A stretch of 49,782 nucleotides of DNA from a virus: positions 1 to 49,782 of IMG/VR virus record IMGVR_UViG_3300031237_000008. One strand, written 5' to 3'. The notes under the pieces are model-generated. The model was not told where the DNA came from. It ran no database searches and saw nothing but the letters and a program-made list of their open reading frames with translations. This document shows positions 7,168 through 14,183 of the stretch, in pieces (within the stretch, counting starts at the first letter, position 1; the number at the start of each line of letters is the position of its first letter). A program made the translations under genes and the position numbers.

Positions 7168-7428
7168 ATGAAGAAGTTAGTCGAAGTCACAGAGGGCGAG
7201 GGCTTGATGGCGCTGATGGGCCAGAATGTCCTGTTGATGTGCGCCAATTACTTTTACACCGGCAAGCTGGTTGGCGTGAATGCTGATTTCGTGCAACTGG
7301 AGAACCCCGCCATTGTGTACGAAACCGGCAAGTGGGATGGCAACAGCTATGCCGATGTTCAGCGACTCCATGCCAAGCTGTGGTATGTGAAGACTGCGGC
7401 CATCGAGTCCTTCGGGGTGTCCAAGTGA
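7168..7428 (+). CDS. hypothetical protein
   Basis: 86-aa ORF with an AAGGGAGG RBS. Confidence 0.7.
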   Translation: MKKLVEVTEGEGLMALMGQNVLLMCANYFYTGKLVGVNADFVQLENPAIVYETGKWDGNSYADVQRLHAKLWYVKTAAIESFGVSK

Positions 7429-7463
7429 ACTGCCGCGCAATCAGCAAGCGACAAAGATATTTT

Positions 7464-7655
7464 CGGTCGGGGTCGGGGTCGAGGTCGTGGTCATGGTCGG
7501 GGTCGGGGTCGAGGTCGTGGTCATGGTCGAGGTCGGGGTCGAGGTCGGGGTTGAGTTCGGGGTCGGGGTCGGGGTTGAGGTCGTGGTCGAGTTCGAGGTC
7601 GAGGTCGTGGTTGAGTTCGGGGTCGGGGTCGTGGTCGAGGTCGTGGTTGAGGTCT
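7464..7655. repeat. 32 tandem hexanucleotide units (NGGTCG)n with 30- and 60-bp higher-order duplications
   Basis: Read directly: cggtcg gggtcg gggtcg aggtcg tggtca ... aggtct. Segments 7470-7499 and 7500-7529 are identical. Confidence 0.95.
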
Positions 7656-7689
7656 ATCGCAACCTCTACAAGATAATCAGGAGGCAACA

Positions 7690-7890
7690 ATGACCATCGC
7701 GGAGTGGCTAGTCACCCCCGTAGAACCCGATGCAAGAGTGCTGTCAATGTGCTGCCACGATGATTACTGTGTGGGGGCAGTCACTACCCGTTGTCCATGT
7801 TGCGAGTTGACGTTCTGCGACAACCATACGGCGGCCAGTTTGCTGTGCTTGGGCTGTGACGATTGGTGCGAAAGGCAGGATGCGTCGTGA
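7690..7890 (+). CDS. hypothetical Cys-rich zinc-finger protein
   Basis: 66-aa ORF with an AGGAGG RBS. About 10 Cys residues, including CPCC and CLGC. Confidence 0.6.
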   Translation: MTIAEWLVTPVEPDARVLSMCCHDDYCVGAVTTRCPCCELTFCDNHTAASLLCLGCDDWCERQDAS

Positions 7891-8039
7891 CTGACAGATT
7901 ACCCACTGACTACACCAACTCCGCCATCATCAAGCGGCAACTGCGCCGCGAGTTCTGGCGGGAGTTTGCCATCACCTTTGCGGAATTGGGGCTGGGTATC
8001 TTGGCGTTGATGGGGTTGATATGGCTGGGGCTGCAATGA
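7887..8039 (+). CDS. hypothetical small membrane protein (50 aa)
   Basis: GTG start overlapping the previous stop (GTGA). Its stop overlaps the next ATG (ATGA). C-terminal hydrophobic segment LGLGILALMGLIWLGL. Confidence 0.45.
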   Translation: MTDRLPTDYTNSAIIKRQLRREFWREFAITFAELGLGILALMGLIWLGLQ

Positions 8040-8815
8040 GGCTACTGGAGCCAATCCGAGAAGCTGGATTTCCCTTCCACGAGGATGTTGTGCGCGTGTT
8101 TATCGGCGGCTCTGAGTTGCACGGCGCGAAGCTAGTGGGCCGCGACGACATGGACATTTACGGAATATACGTCGAGCCACCCGGGCGAATCCTTGGCCTC
8201 CACCCCTTCGAGCATTTCGTTTGGTCAACGAGCGGACAGCACGAACGCAACGGGCCGCAGGATGTTGATATCACCCTCTACGGACTCCGCAAGTGGGCCG
8301 GGCTTGCCTGCAAAGGGAATCCATCCATCATCCATTCCATATTCGCGCCCGCAGATAACCTACCAAGTGACACTTGGTTCCATGCGGTCACGAAGTTCCG
8401 ATCAGCGTACCTTGCGAAGTCGCATCACAAAGCGTTCATGGGCTTCGCGGATGCCCAGATGGGGCGATTGCTCGGGACTCGCGGGCGGGGCAAAAAGGGC
8501 CAGCGCCCGGAACTGGAAGCCGAGTTTGGTTATGACGTGAAGGCGGGAATGCACTGCATTCGCCTGCTACATGAAGCGATTGAGCTAATCAGCACAGGCG
8601 AGATGACCTTCCCGCGCCCCGAAAAAGACCTTCTGATTTCCATTCGGCAGGGAGCATGGACATTAGATAAGCTTTCATCCGAAGCGAACCTACTCTTCGC
8701 GGAACTCAAGGCGAGGGTTGTTACTTCTCCGCTACCGGAAGATGTTGACCGGAAATGTATCTCGCAAGCGATTACCAATGGCTACCTAAGACACTGGAAG
8801 AAGTGGAAAATATGA
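8036..8815 (+). CDS. Pol-beta-superfamily nucleotidyltransferase (Nuc-transf/RlaP-like)
   Basis: Track ORF 8021-8815, with the start taken at ATG 8036. N-terminal GGSELHGAKLVGRDDMDIYGIYV matches the GS...G...SD.D..G pattern of predicted nucleotidyltransferases. Confidence 0.75.
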   Translation: MRLLEPIREAGFPFHEDVVRVFIGGSELHGAKLVGRDDMDIYGIYVEPPGRILGLHPFEHFVWSTSGQHERNGPQDVDITLYGLRKWAGLACKGNPSIIHSIFAPADNLPSDTWFHAVTKFRSAYLAKSHHKAFMGFADAQMGRLLGTRGRGKKGQRPELEAEFGYDVKAGMHCIRLLHEAIELISTGEMTFPRPEKDLLISIRQGAWTLDKLSSEANLLFAELKARVVTSPLPEDVDRKCISQAITNGYLRHWKKWKI

Positions 8816-9354
8816 AGCTCTCTTTCACCATCCCAGGCGCTCCCGTAGCGAAGGCCCGTGGCCGCATGGTTCCATTGATGCGCTGCCGCAAGTGCGGAGC
8901 CAAGACGGCGCGGCGGATGTGTCGCTGCGGCTCTACCGAGCTTGAGTTGATGACGGTGCTGAACTCACCCGCCGCCAATACAGTCAAGTACGAGTCGCTG
9001 GTGCGGCTGTGTGCATCTACGGCCATGGCCGAGCAGGGAGTCAGCATCATGGCGGGGTTGTTGCGGCTGGAGATTGTGGCGTACTTTCAGATAGCAGAGA
9101 CAAGGTTGTGTAAACGTCCGCACAGGGAACCGGAAGAGGTACTCACGCCGGAACAGCGGGCATCTTGGAATTGCAAGAAGCTCCATGATGGCGACCCCCA
9201 CGGCCAGCGTCCCGACGCCGACAACATCGCCAAGAGTATCTGTGATGGATGTAACCAAGTGGTATGGCCGGACGACTCGGCGGTGGCAGTCATGCAGATA
9301 GAGAAGCGGTGGAGCGTGCAGCCCAGGTGCGAGGTGGTCGTGTGCTCTATGTAG
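8812..9354 (+). CDS. rusA: RusA-family Holliday junction resolvase with an inserted zinc ribbon
   Basis: Internal ATG 8812 with an ATGA overlap. MKLSFTIPGAPVAKARGR ... RPDADNIAKSICDG...WPDDS motifs. CRKCG..CRCG insert. Confidence 0.85.
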   Translation: MKLSFTIPGAPVAKARGRMVPLMRCRKCGAKTARRMCRCGSTELELMTVLNSPAANTVKYESLVRLCASTAMAEQGVSIMAGLLRLEIVAYFQIAETRLCKRPHREPEEVLTPEQRASWNCKKLHDGDPHGQRPDADNIAKSICDGCNQVVWPDDSAVAVMQIEKRWSVQPRCEVVVCSM

Positions 9355-10253
9355 ATGCCAGTTCCATCAATACCTGGTTGCGCTGCCGCGAGATGTGGCG
9401 ACTGCGCTATCTGGAAGGCGGTCAGGGCATCCAGCCCGCCAAGCCAGCCATCCCACTCATCACTGGCGGGGCGTTCCACTCTGGCGTAGAGATATTCTGG
9501 CGTGGTGGCAGCTATGAGGAGGCGATGGCTGTGGCCATGGCTGACATGGAAATTGACGAAACCCTCTTGTCCATGCCCGAGCGGGAGCGGTTGCAAGAGG
9601 CCCGCGAGTATCTGCCGGATATGCTGGAGTGCTACTTTGAGAAGCAGGAGTACGCCCCGGAGAAACTGATGCTGCTGGGCATGAAGAGGGACGATACTGG
9701 CCCCGTTGTGGAATATGAGTGGCAGCACCATCCATTGGTAAGTGGGGTCTTGAGTATTGATGTGATGCTGTGCGGCAAACTGGACCGCGTAGAAGTCGGC
9801 CCCATCATCTACGACTGCAAGACCGCCTCGGAGATTGGCAAGAACTGGAAGCATGACTACCGGCAGATGCTGCTGCGGGACATCCAGTTCCAGCTATACG
9901 ATTATTACTTGACATCTATCGGGCATCCCCCTATAATGAATGTAGTCGAAGTCATCACCAAGCCATACAGGGGTAAGCCAGCGAAGTTCCACCGGATAGA
10001 GTTGCCGGAGTTGGCGTCTTATCGGACGCGGTTTCGCCAGCAACTGGACTGGGCGCTGAAAGAGATGGTGCATTATGTGGCCAAGTATCGGGAAGCGCGG
10101 CCCTGGCCGATGGCTGCTGCTACTGTGTGTGTTGGTAAGTACGGGGCATGCGACTATCTGCCCGGCTGTAATCAGGGTTGGAATGCAAAGGTATTGGAGG
10201 GCTACGGCGAAAGAGAGGAGCATCTTGCCTCGATATCTAGGCGAATTGGATAG
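9264..10253 (+). CDS. PD-(D/E)XK exonuclease, Cas4/RecB-like, with a C-terminal Cys cluster
   Basis: 329-aa ORF with IIYDCKT (D-x-K) and CVGKYGACDYLPGC. Adjacent to recT. The true start may be GTG 9340 (GAGGTG upstream) rather than ATG 9264, which overlaps rusA. Confidence 0.8.
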   Translation: MAGRLGGGSHADREAVERAAQVRGGRVLYVDASSINTWLRCREMWRLRYLEGGQGIQPAKPAIPLITGGAFHSGVEIFWRGGSYEEAMAVAMADMEIDETLLSMPERERLQEAREYLPDMLECYFEKQEYAPEKLMLLGMKRDDTGPVVEYEWQHHPLVSGVLSIDVMLCGKLDRVEVGPIIYDCKTASEIGKNWKHDYRQMLLRDIQFQLYDYYLTSIGHPPIMNVVEVITKPYRGKPAKFHRIELPELASYRTRFRQQLDWALKEMVHYVAKYREARPWPMAAATVCVGKYGACDYLPGCNQGWNAKVLEGYGEREEHLASISRRIG

Positions 10254-10281
10254 GCCGTATACCTTGGTACAGGCGCGGGGC

Positions 10282-10449
10282 ATGTGGATGTGTCCGCCCT
10301 GCCATGATGGGCTGCACAAGAAGTGCGACCGCCCGGTACTGGCCTGCGAGTGTCCATGTGACAAGCGGGAGCCACGCAAGAACTGGCGCAAGAACAAAGA
10401 GAACCAGCGCAACATAGTAGACGAGTTCGGCACAATCGAGGTGAAATGA
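10282..10449 (+). CDS. hypothetical Cys-rich small protein
   Basis: Internal ATG of track ORF 10075-10449, after the exonuclease stop. CPPCHDGLHKKC...CECPC. Confidence 0.45.
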   Translation: MWMCPPCHDGLHKKCDRPVLACECPCDKREPRKNWRKNKENQRNIVDEFGTIEVK

Positions 10450-11195
10450 TGACACCACTGGAGGCTAAATTGTCAGAGATGCAGCAGGGGGTAGATGCTG
10501 GCAAGTCACTGGCTACTATCACGGCAGAGGCCAAGGAAGTTGCTGTGTCGCGCCGCGAGGCCCAGCAAGCGGCAGTGATTGACCAAGTAGAGAGCTTTGA
10601 CTGGAAGCACGTCCCGCCGCCGCAGTTGGCTCAGGTATTGTGCCGTATCCCGTTCAAGGGTGGGGCGAACGAGCCGGACTTCTACTTGCAGCCGTGGCAG
10701 GCGCTCATCTTCGCCATGCGCTGCTTTGAGCTTGGGTTGTCGCCGTTCTCCGGCGAGGTCTGGTACAACCCCAAGGTCAACAAGGTGAATGTCACCTTGG
10801 AGGGGAAGATGAAGCTGGCGCGGGACCGGGGATATGACTTTGGGCCGCCGCACTTTACCCGCAAGACTCAGCCGTGGGCCACGCCCCAGGTAGCTGCCAA
10901 CTTTCCGGGCCGCAAAGAGGACGTGGGATATCTCTGCACCATGAAGTTGATGAAGACTGGCGAGAGCGCCGAGTACACCGCGTGGCTGTCTGAGTGGTAT
11001 GTGTCCCGCAGCCCGGTCTGGAAGGAAAAGACCGAACACATGCTGCAACTGAGGGCATACGAGAAGTGCATCTCGTTTGCATCGGGGGCGGGCACCAGTG
11101 AGATGCCGGGTGAGGCAGACATTGATGGGTCTGCGGCCCCGGCTGCTACCCTGCCCACGATTAATGTAGTGACACCGAATGTTGAACCGGAGTAG
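10446..11195 (+). CDS. recT: RecT-family single-strand annealing recombinase
   Basis: 249-aa ORF with a GAGGTG RBS. The core (GLSPFSGEVWY...VTLEGKMKLARDRGY...W...MLQLRAYEK) fits the RecT pattern. Paired with the upstream exonuclease. Confidence 0.85.
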   Translation: MMTPLEAKLSEMQQGVDAGKSLATITAEAKEVAVSRREAQQAAVIDQVESFDWKHVPPPQLAQVLCRIPFKGGANEPDFYLQPWQALIFAMRCFELGLSPFSGEVWYNPKVNKVNVTLEGKMKLARDRGYDFGPPHFTRKTQPWATPQVAANFPGRKEDVGYLCTMKLMKTGESAEYTAWLSEWYVSRSPVWKEKTEHMLQLRAYEKCISFASGAGTSEMPGEADIDGSAAPAATLPTINVVTPNVEPE

Positions 11196-11224
11196 TCGGC
11201 GGTCAACCCGCCAGGAGGTAATTC

Positions 11225-11887
11225 ATGTCGTTCTATGATTTGGTCAACACTGGCGGCAACAATACGGGTGAGCGTATCGCCCTTCCCGCCGGGAAGTACG
11301 GCACCAGCAAAGAGGCGGGGCTGAAGGTGGTGAAGTATCTGTCATCCAAGCCCTCGAAGAATGACCCCGAGTTGGTGGACCACGGGTATCTGGTGGCGTC
11401 TGACAACGAGGACGGCACCGCATTCTACCATCTGCGGGTCAAGGCGTGGTGGCTGCATGACTCGGTGGCGGCTCTGGCATTCACCAGCGACAAGCAGGAC
11501 ATGGTGGCTTCGGCCATTGCCGAGGGCAAGGCCACGCAGACCGAAGTGGATTCGGCCATCAAGATTCTGGAGGCCATCGCCCACGGCAAGGTGATTGCTG
11601 CCAATACGCCAGAGGACAAGGTGGACGAGGCCGTGGCTACCACCTACAAGAACCTGCTGACGCAGATTCGCATTGCCATCGGTGAGGTGTTCCGGTTACA
11701 GGACTGGAAGGGCGTACCGCGCAGCCTGGAGTTTGACCCGGCCAGCTTCGATGGTGTGTCATTCAGTGGGGTGGTGGAGCCGGGATACTCGGCTGGCACC
11801 TCCGAGGTAAGAAGCATCTATGGGCGCTCGAGGGCAGCAACGGCGGCCAAGGTGATTACGGCGGAGACGGCTACGGTGCCGTTCTAG
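11225..11887 (+). CDS. hypothetical protein after recT (possible ssDNA-binding accessory)
   Basis: 220-aa ORF with an AGGAGG RBS. The C-terminal ...TVPF loosely recalls SSB tails. Function unassigned. Confidence 0.7.
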   Translation: MSFYDLVNTGGNNTGERIALPAGKYGTSKEAGLKVVKYLSSKPSKNDPELVDHGYLVASDNEDGTAFYHLRVKAWWLHDSVAALAFTSDKQDMVASAIAEGKATQTEVDSAIKILEAIAHGKVIAANTPEDKVDEAVATTYKNLLTQIRIAIGEVFRLQDWKGVPRSLEFDPASFDGVSFSGVVEPGYSAGTSEVRSIYGRSRAATAAKVITAETATVPF

Positions 11888-11998
11888 CAAGGTTCTGCGG
11901 GCGGCTCAACGTGACGGCGAATGCTGTCGGCGGCCAAGTGGCTGCTGTGCTTCGGAAACGGAAGCCGGGTCGCCCGCAGAGCAGTACAAGGAGCAGCC

Positions 11999-12529
11999 AT
12001 GAGCAACCAGCGCCGCCCCGTCCACTTCCGACCAGCCCCGGTCAGCGGCCCGCCCGCCCTTTCACCGAACGGTGAAACGACACAATCCAGTGAAACCGCC
12101 CAGCCCATGTGTGCAGAAAGCCCGGGAAAGCCTAACTCAGCGCACACAGAGCAGCCCATGTCGGCGCGGGAGTGGCGCGAAACGGTTCGCAATCGGCCAA
12201 GGTATGTAGCCTGGATAGACCCAGAAGTTGACGACTTCGCCGCCCACCGCACCGCCGCACTGGAGCAGGAGCGCGACCAAGCCGTATCGAACGCCAACGA
12301 GAGTGAGCGATGCCGCCAAGAAGAGCACAGGGCGAGGGAAGCCGCCGAGCAGCGTATCACCCAGCTGCTGGGGCTGCTGCGGGAGCACGGAAGGCACGTT
12401 CTCGATTGTCCGTGTCGCCCTCGCAGACAATACGAGGCCACAATCAGGACTGACCATTGGCTTCCGGGCGATGAGCAAAAATGCACCTGCTACTTCGCGG
12501 AAGCACTTGAGTTGCGGAGGAAGCCATGA
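11999..12529 (+). CDS. hypothetical coiled-coil protein
   Basis: Internal ATG of track ORF 11921-12529, preceded by AAGGAG. Confidence 0.6.
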   Translation: MSNQRRPVHFRPAPVSGPPALSPNGETTQSSETAQPMCAESPGKPNSAHTEQPMSAREWRETVRNRPRYVAWIDPEVDDFAAHRTAALEQERDQAVSNANESERCRQEEHRAREAAEQRITQLLGLLREHGRHVLDCPCRPRRQYEATIRTDHWLPGDEQKCTCYFAEALELRRKP

Positions 12530-12816
12530 GTGACCTGCGGGAAGAACTGGCGAAGTTGCTGGACAAAGCATTTGAGGAGTATGGCGATGACCCGGCCTAC
12601 GCCGACTTTGTGGCCGACCGCCTGCTGCCCTTCGTGCAGGCCCAGGTGGACGCAGCGGTGAAGGCGGAGCGGGAGCGGTGCGCGAAGTTGATATGCCCCG
12701 GCTGCGCGGATATATACGAGTGGGGACAGTATGACGGTAAAGGGCAGCACCGGCGAGAGGGGTTGCAATCAATGGCCTGCCGCGCCGCCGCCATCCGCGA
12801 GGGGGAGGGCGAATGA
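12526..12816 (+). CDS. hypothetical protein
   Basis: 96-aa ORF with a GGAGGAAG RBS and an ATGA overlap. Confidence 0.6.
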   Translation: MSDLREELAKLLDKAFEEYGDDPAYADFVADRLLPFVQAQVDAAVKAERERCAKLICPGCADIYEWGQYDGKGQHRREGLQSMACRAAAIREGEGE

Positions 12817-12892
12817 AGGTAGTGGGTCAGTTTGAAATGGCGGGGGATGGCGGGGAGTCGCGGCGAGTGGCGGTTTGTGGCATACTTGGGGT

Positions 12893-13405
12893 ATGCCTAA
12901 ACGGTCAAGCAGGGACGAAAACCAGATTGCCGCGAATGTCGTCGCCCGAGTCACGTCGGAAGGCAAGAATCCGGCAGCTGTCAGTCTTGGCGGACTCGGG
13001 GGACTCAAGGGTGGTCGCGCCAGAGCAGCCAGGCTCTCCGAATCTAGGCGGCGACAGTATAGACGCGCCTTAGCGGAAGGCGAGGAGTATGCCAAGCGTC
13101 TACTCAGCAGGAGATTCGGCGATGGTGCTCCAGAGATAGCAGAGAAACTAGTTTGGGATTACCCTGCTCATGATTTCGTCATTGACTACGAGGAAGCAAA
13201 GAAAATCGCCCTGCCAGTGCAGCGACTGCCGATTGCGCAAGAAAAGGCACTAATCACTGCTCTGTCGGGACTTATGGAGTATGAGGCCGCATATGTTGGA
13301 TTCGCTACAAAACGAGCACCGCGCAGAGGAAAAGCAACTAAGACCAAAGCGCCAAGGAAGCTGCCTACCCCAATTGCAGCCTCCGCGCGTTCGAGCGCTA
13401 GCTGA
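12893..13405 (+). CDS. hypothetical basic protein
   Basis: Track ORF 12875-13405 trimmed to MPKRSS. The N-terminal NPAAVSLGGLGGLKGGRARAARLS motif is common in small nucleic-acid-binding proteins. The middle segment (DYPAHDFVIDYEEAKKIALPV) recalls the C-terminus of SDH/ClpP-fold proteases (recollection only). Confidence 0.6.
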   Translation: MPKRSSRDENQIAANVVARVTSEGKNPAAVSLGGLGGLKGGRARAARLSESRRRQYRRALAEGEEYAKRLLSRRFGDGAPEIAEKLVWDYPAHDFVIDYEEAKKIALPVQRLPIAQEKALITALSGLMEYEAAYVGFATKRAPRRGKATKTKAPRKLPTPIAASARSSAS

Positions 13406-13519
13406 TAGGGATCGTTCGCTCCGTCGGCTGCTCTCGCGCCTGCGCTCCATGTCGCCAAGCGAGCGGGCCCGCGTTCTCCGGGGGAAAAGAGAGAGCTTCT
13501 AGTCGCCCCTATTTTCTGC

Positions 13520-13549
13520 TTGACATCCTTGACCGCTCAAGCATAGTAT
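13520..13549 (+). promoter_or_regulatory. sigma70-like promoter in the tRNA island
   Basis: TTGACA 13520-13525, 18-nt spacer, TAGTAT 13544-13549. The ATG at 13556 is 6 nt after the -10. Confidence 0.5.
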
Positions 13550-13555
13550 ATAGGC

Positions 13556-13668
13556 ATGAACTGCTTTAATAGGGGAAACAAAGGCGGTGGCCGCCTAGCC
13601 AGAAAAAACAAAAGGCGGGGCAAAAACCCCGCCTTCTATAGAAAGTTTAAGCTTTGTAGTTAAAGCAG
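13556..13668 (+). ncRNA. candidate structured small RNA (or leaderless 35-aa basic mini-ORF 13556-13663)
   Basis: CTGCTTTAA (13561-13569) pairs with TTAAAGCAG (13660-13668). The stem encloses hairpins GGCGG-tgg-CCGCC (13583-13595) and GGCGGGG-caaaaa-CCCCGCC (13614-13633). Confidence 0.3.
13614..13633 (-). terminator. rho-independent terminator of the tRNA transcript (weaker in the + orientation)
   Basis: GGCGGGG-n6-CCCCGCC. On the minus strand it is followed by TTTTGTTTTTTCT. Confidence 0.7.
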
Positions 13669-13800
13669 AATGTTCCTCCTCAAAGCCTCACTCTCATTCT
13701 TAGGCCAAAACCACATTCGGCGAAACCAAGCCTAAGTCCTTGGAAGGTAGCTATATGAAAACACCCTGGGACTCCAGTTGTCAAGCCCATTTTCAGGGAA

Positions 13801-13883
13801 TGCGGGGGACGGGATTTGAACCCGCACGGGTTTTGCCCAGAGCCTTCCAAGGACTCCGCGGCTGCCAATTTCGCCACCCCCGC
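13801..13883 (-). tRNA. class II (long variable arm) tRNA with a Leu-like body and apparent anticodon UGG (Pro); CCA not encoded
   Basis: Hand fold: acceptor GCGGGGG/CCCCCGC, D-arm GCG-AAATTGGCAGC-CGC, anticodon arm GAGTC-CTTGGAA-GGCTC, 14-nt variable arm TGGGCAAAACCCGT, T-arm GCGGG-TTCAAAT-CCCGT, discriminator A. Confidence 0.85.
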
Positions 13884-13894
13884 ATAGCGGCGAA

Positions 13895-13903
13895 ATTGTA
13901 GCA
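13895..13903 (-). promoter_or_regulatory. candidate extended -10 promoter for the tRNA
   Basis: Minus strand reads TGcTACAAT, ending 11 nt upstream of tRNA position 1. Confidence 0.45.
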
Positions 13904-13960
13904 CCAGGGCCATAAATGGCTATTCTTTCAAACTGACCCACTACCCGAATGAAGCCACCC

Positions 13961-13989
13961 TTGACAATCCCAAGTCAAACCCGTACAAT
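13961..13989 (+). promoter_or_regulatory. near-consensus sigma70 promoter
   Basis: TTGACA 13961-13966, 17-nt spacer, TACAAT 13984-13989. Confidence 0.7.
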
Positions 13990-14016
13990 CCCCATTACTA
14001 TCCTCCAACCACAAAG

Positions 14017-14168
14017 GCAGCGAGGCCGAAGTGCTAAACCAAGCCAACCCGGCCCGCTGCTTAACCATCGGGACAGTGGGGCGGTTTCACCAGGATGCGG
14101 AGCGGTACGAGTGAACATTCCGCAAACCCTCGGCCAGCCGTAAAGAGCGTGGAATATCCCCACTGTCC
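14017..14168 (+). promoter_or_regulatory. structured leader RNA downstream of the consensus promoter (candidate cis-regulatory element or ncRNA)
   Basis: An 11-bp hairpin with one bulge spans 14017-14028 and 14050-14060. An 11-bp long-range stem GGACAGTGGGG (14071-14081)/CCCCACTGTCC (14158-14168) encloses nested helices GGTTT/AAACC and GCGGA/TCCGC. Confidence 0.35.
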
Positions 14169-14183
14169 TGATATACTGAGTCC

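Noticed and set aside
7464-7655. The hexamer array as a CRISPR array or replication iterons.
   Set aside because: The units are 6 bp with no spacers, so it is not CRISPR. The unit is far shorter than usual iterons, and no initiator gene is adjacent.
7187-7690. A 167-aa minus-strand ORF reading DP/DL/DH repeats through the hexamer array.
   Set aside because: It is open only because of the repeat. Its remainder is antisense to the well-supported gene 7168-7428, and no RBS or promoter supports it.
12813-13073. An 86-aa ORF coupled by ATGA to gene 12526-12816.
   Set aside because: It overlaps the better-supported 12893-13405 gene, whose N-terminal MPKRSS...GGLKGGRARA motif is recognisable. Its own sequence is low complexity. 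A short real N-terminal peptide cannot be excluded.
13680-13941. Minus-strand ORFs 13680-13913 and 13732-13941, and the idea that the tRNA marks an attP site.
   Set aside because: The ORFs run through the tRNA gene. No integrase is present, and the phage carries a whole tRNA with its own promoter and terminator rather than a 3' tRNA fragment.
14005-14060. A c-di-GMP-I (GEMM-I) riboswitch resemblance in the leader (strings such as CTAAACC, AAGCC, CCGGCC).
   Set aside because: The shared words occur in a different order, and I could not build the two-hairpin GEMM architecture. I leave it as an unclassified structured leader.
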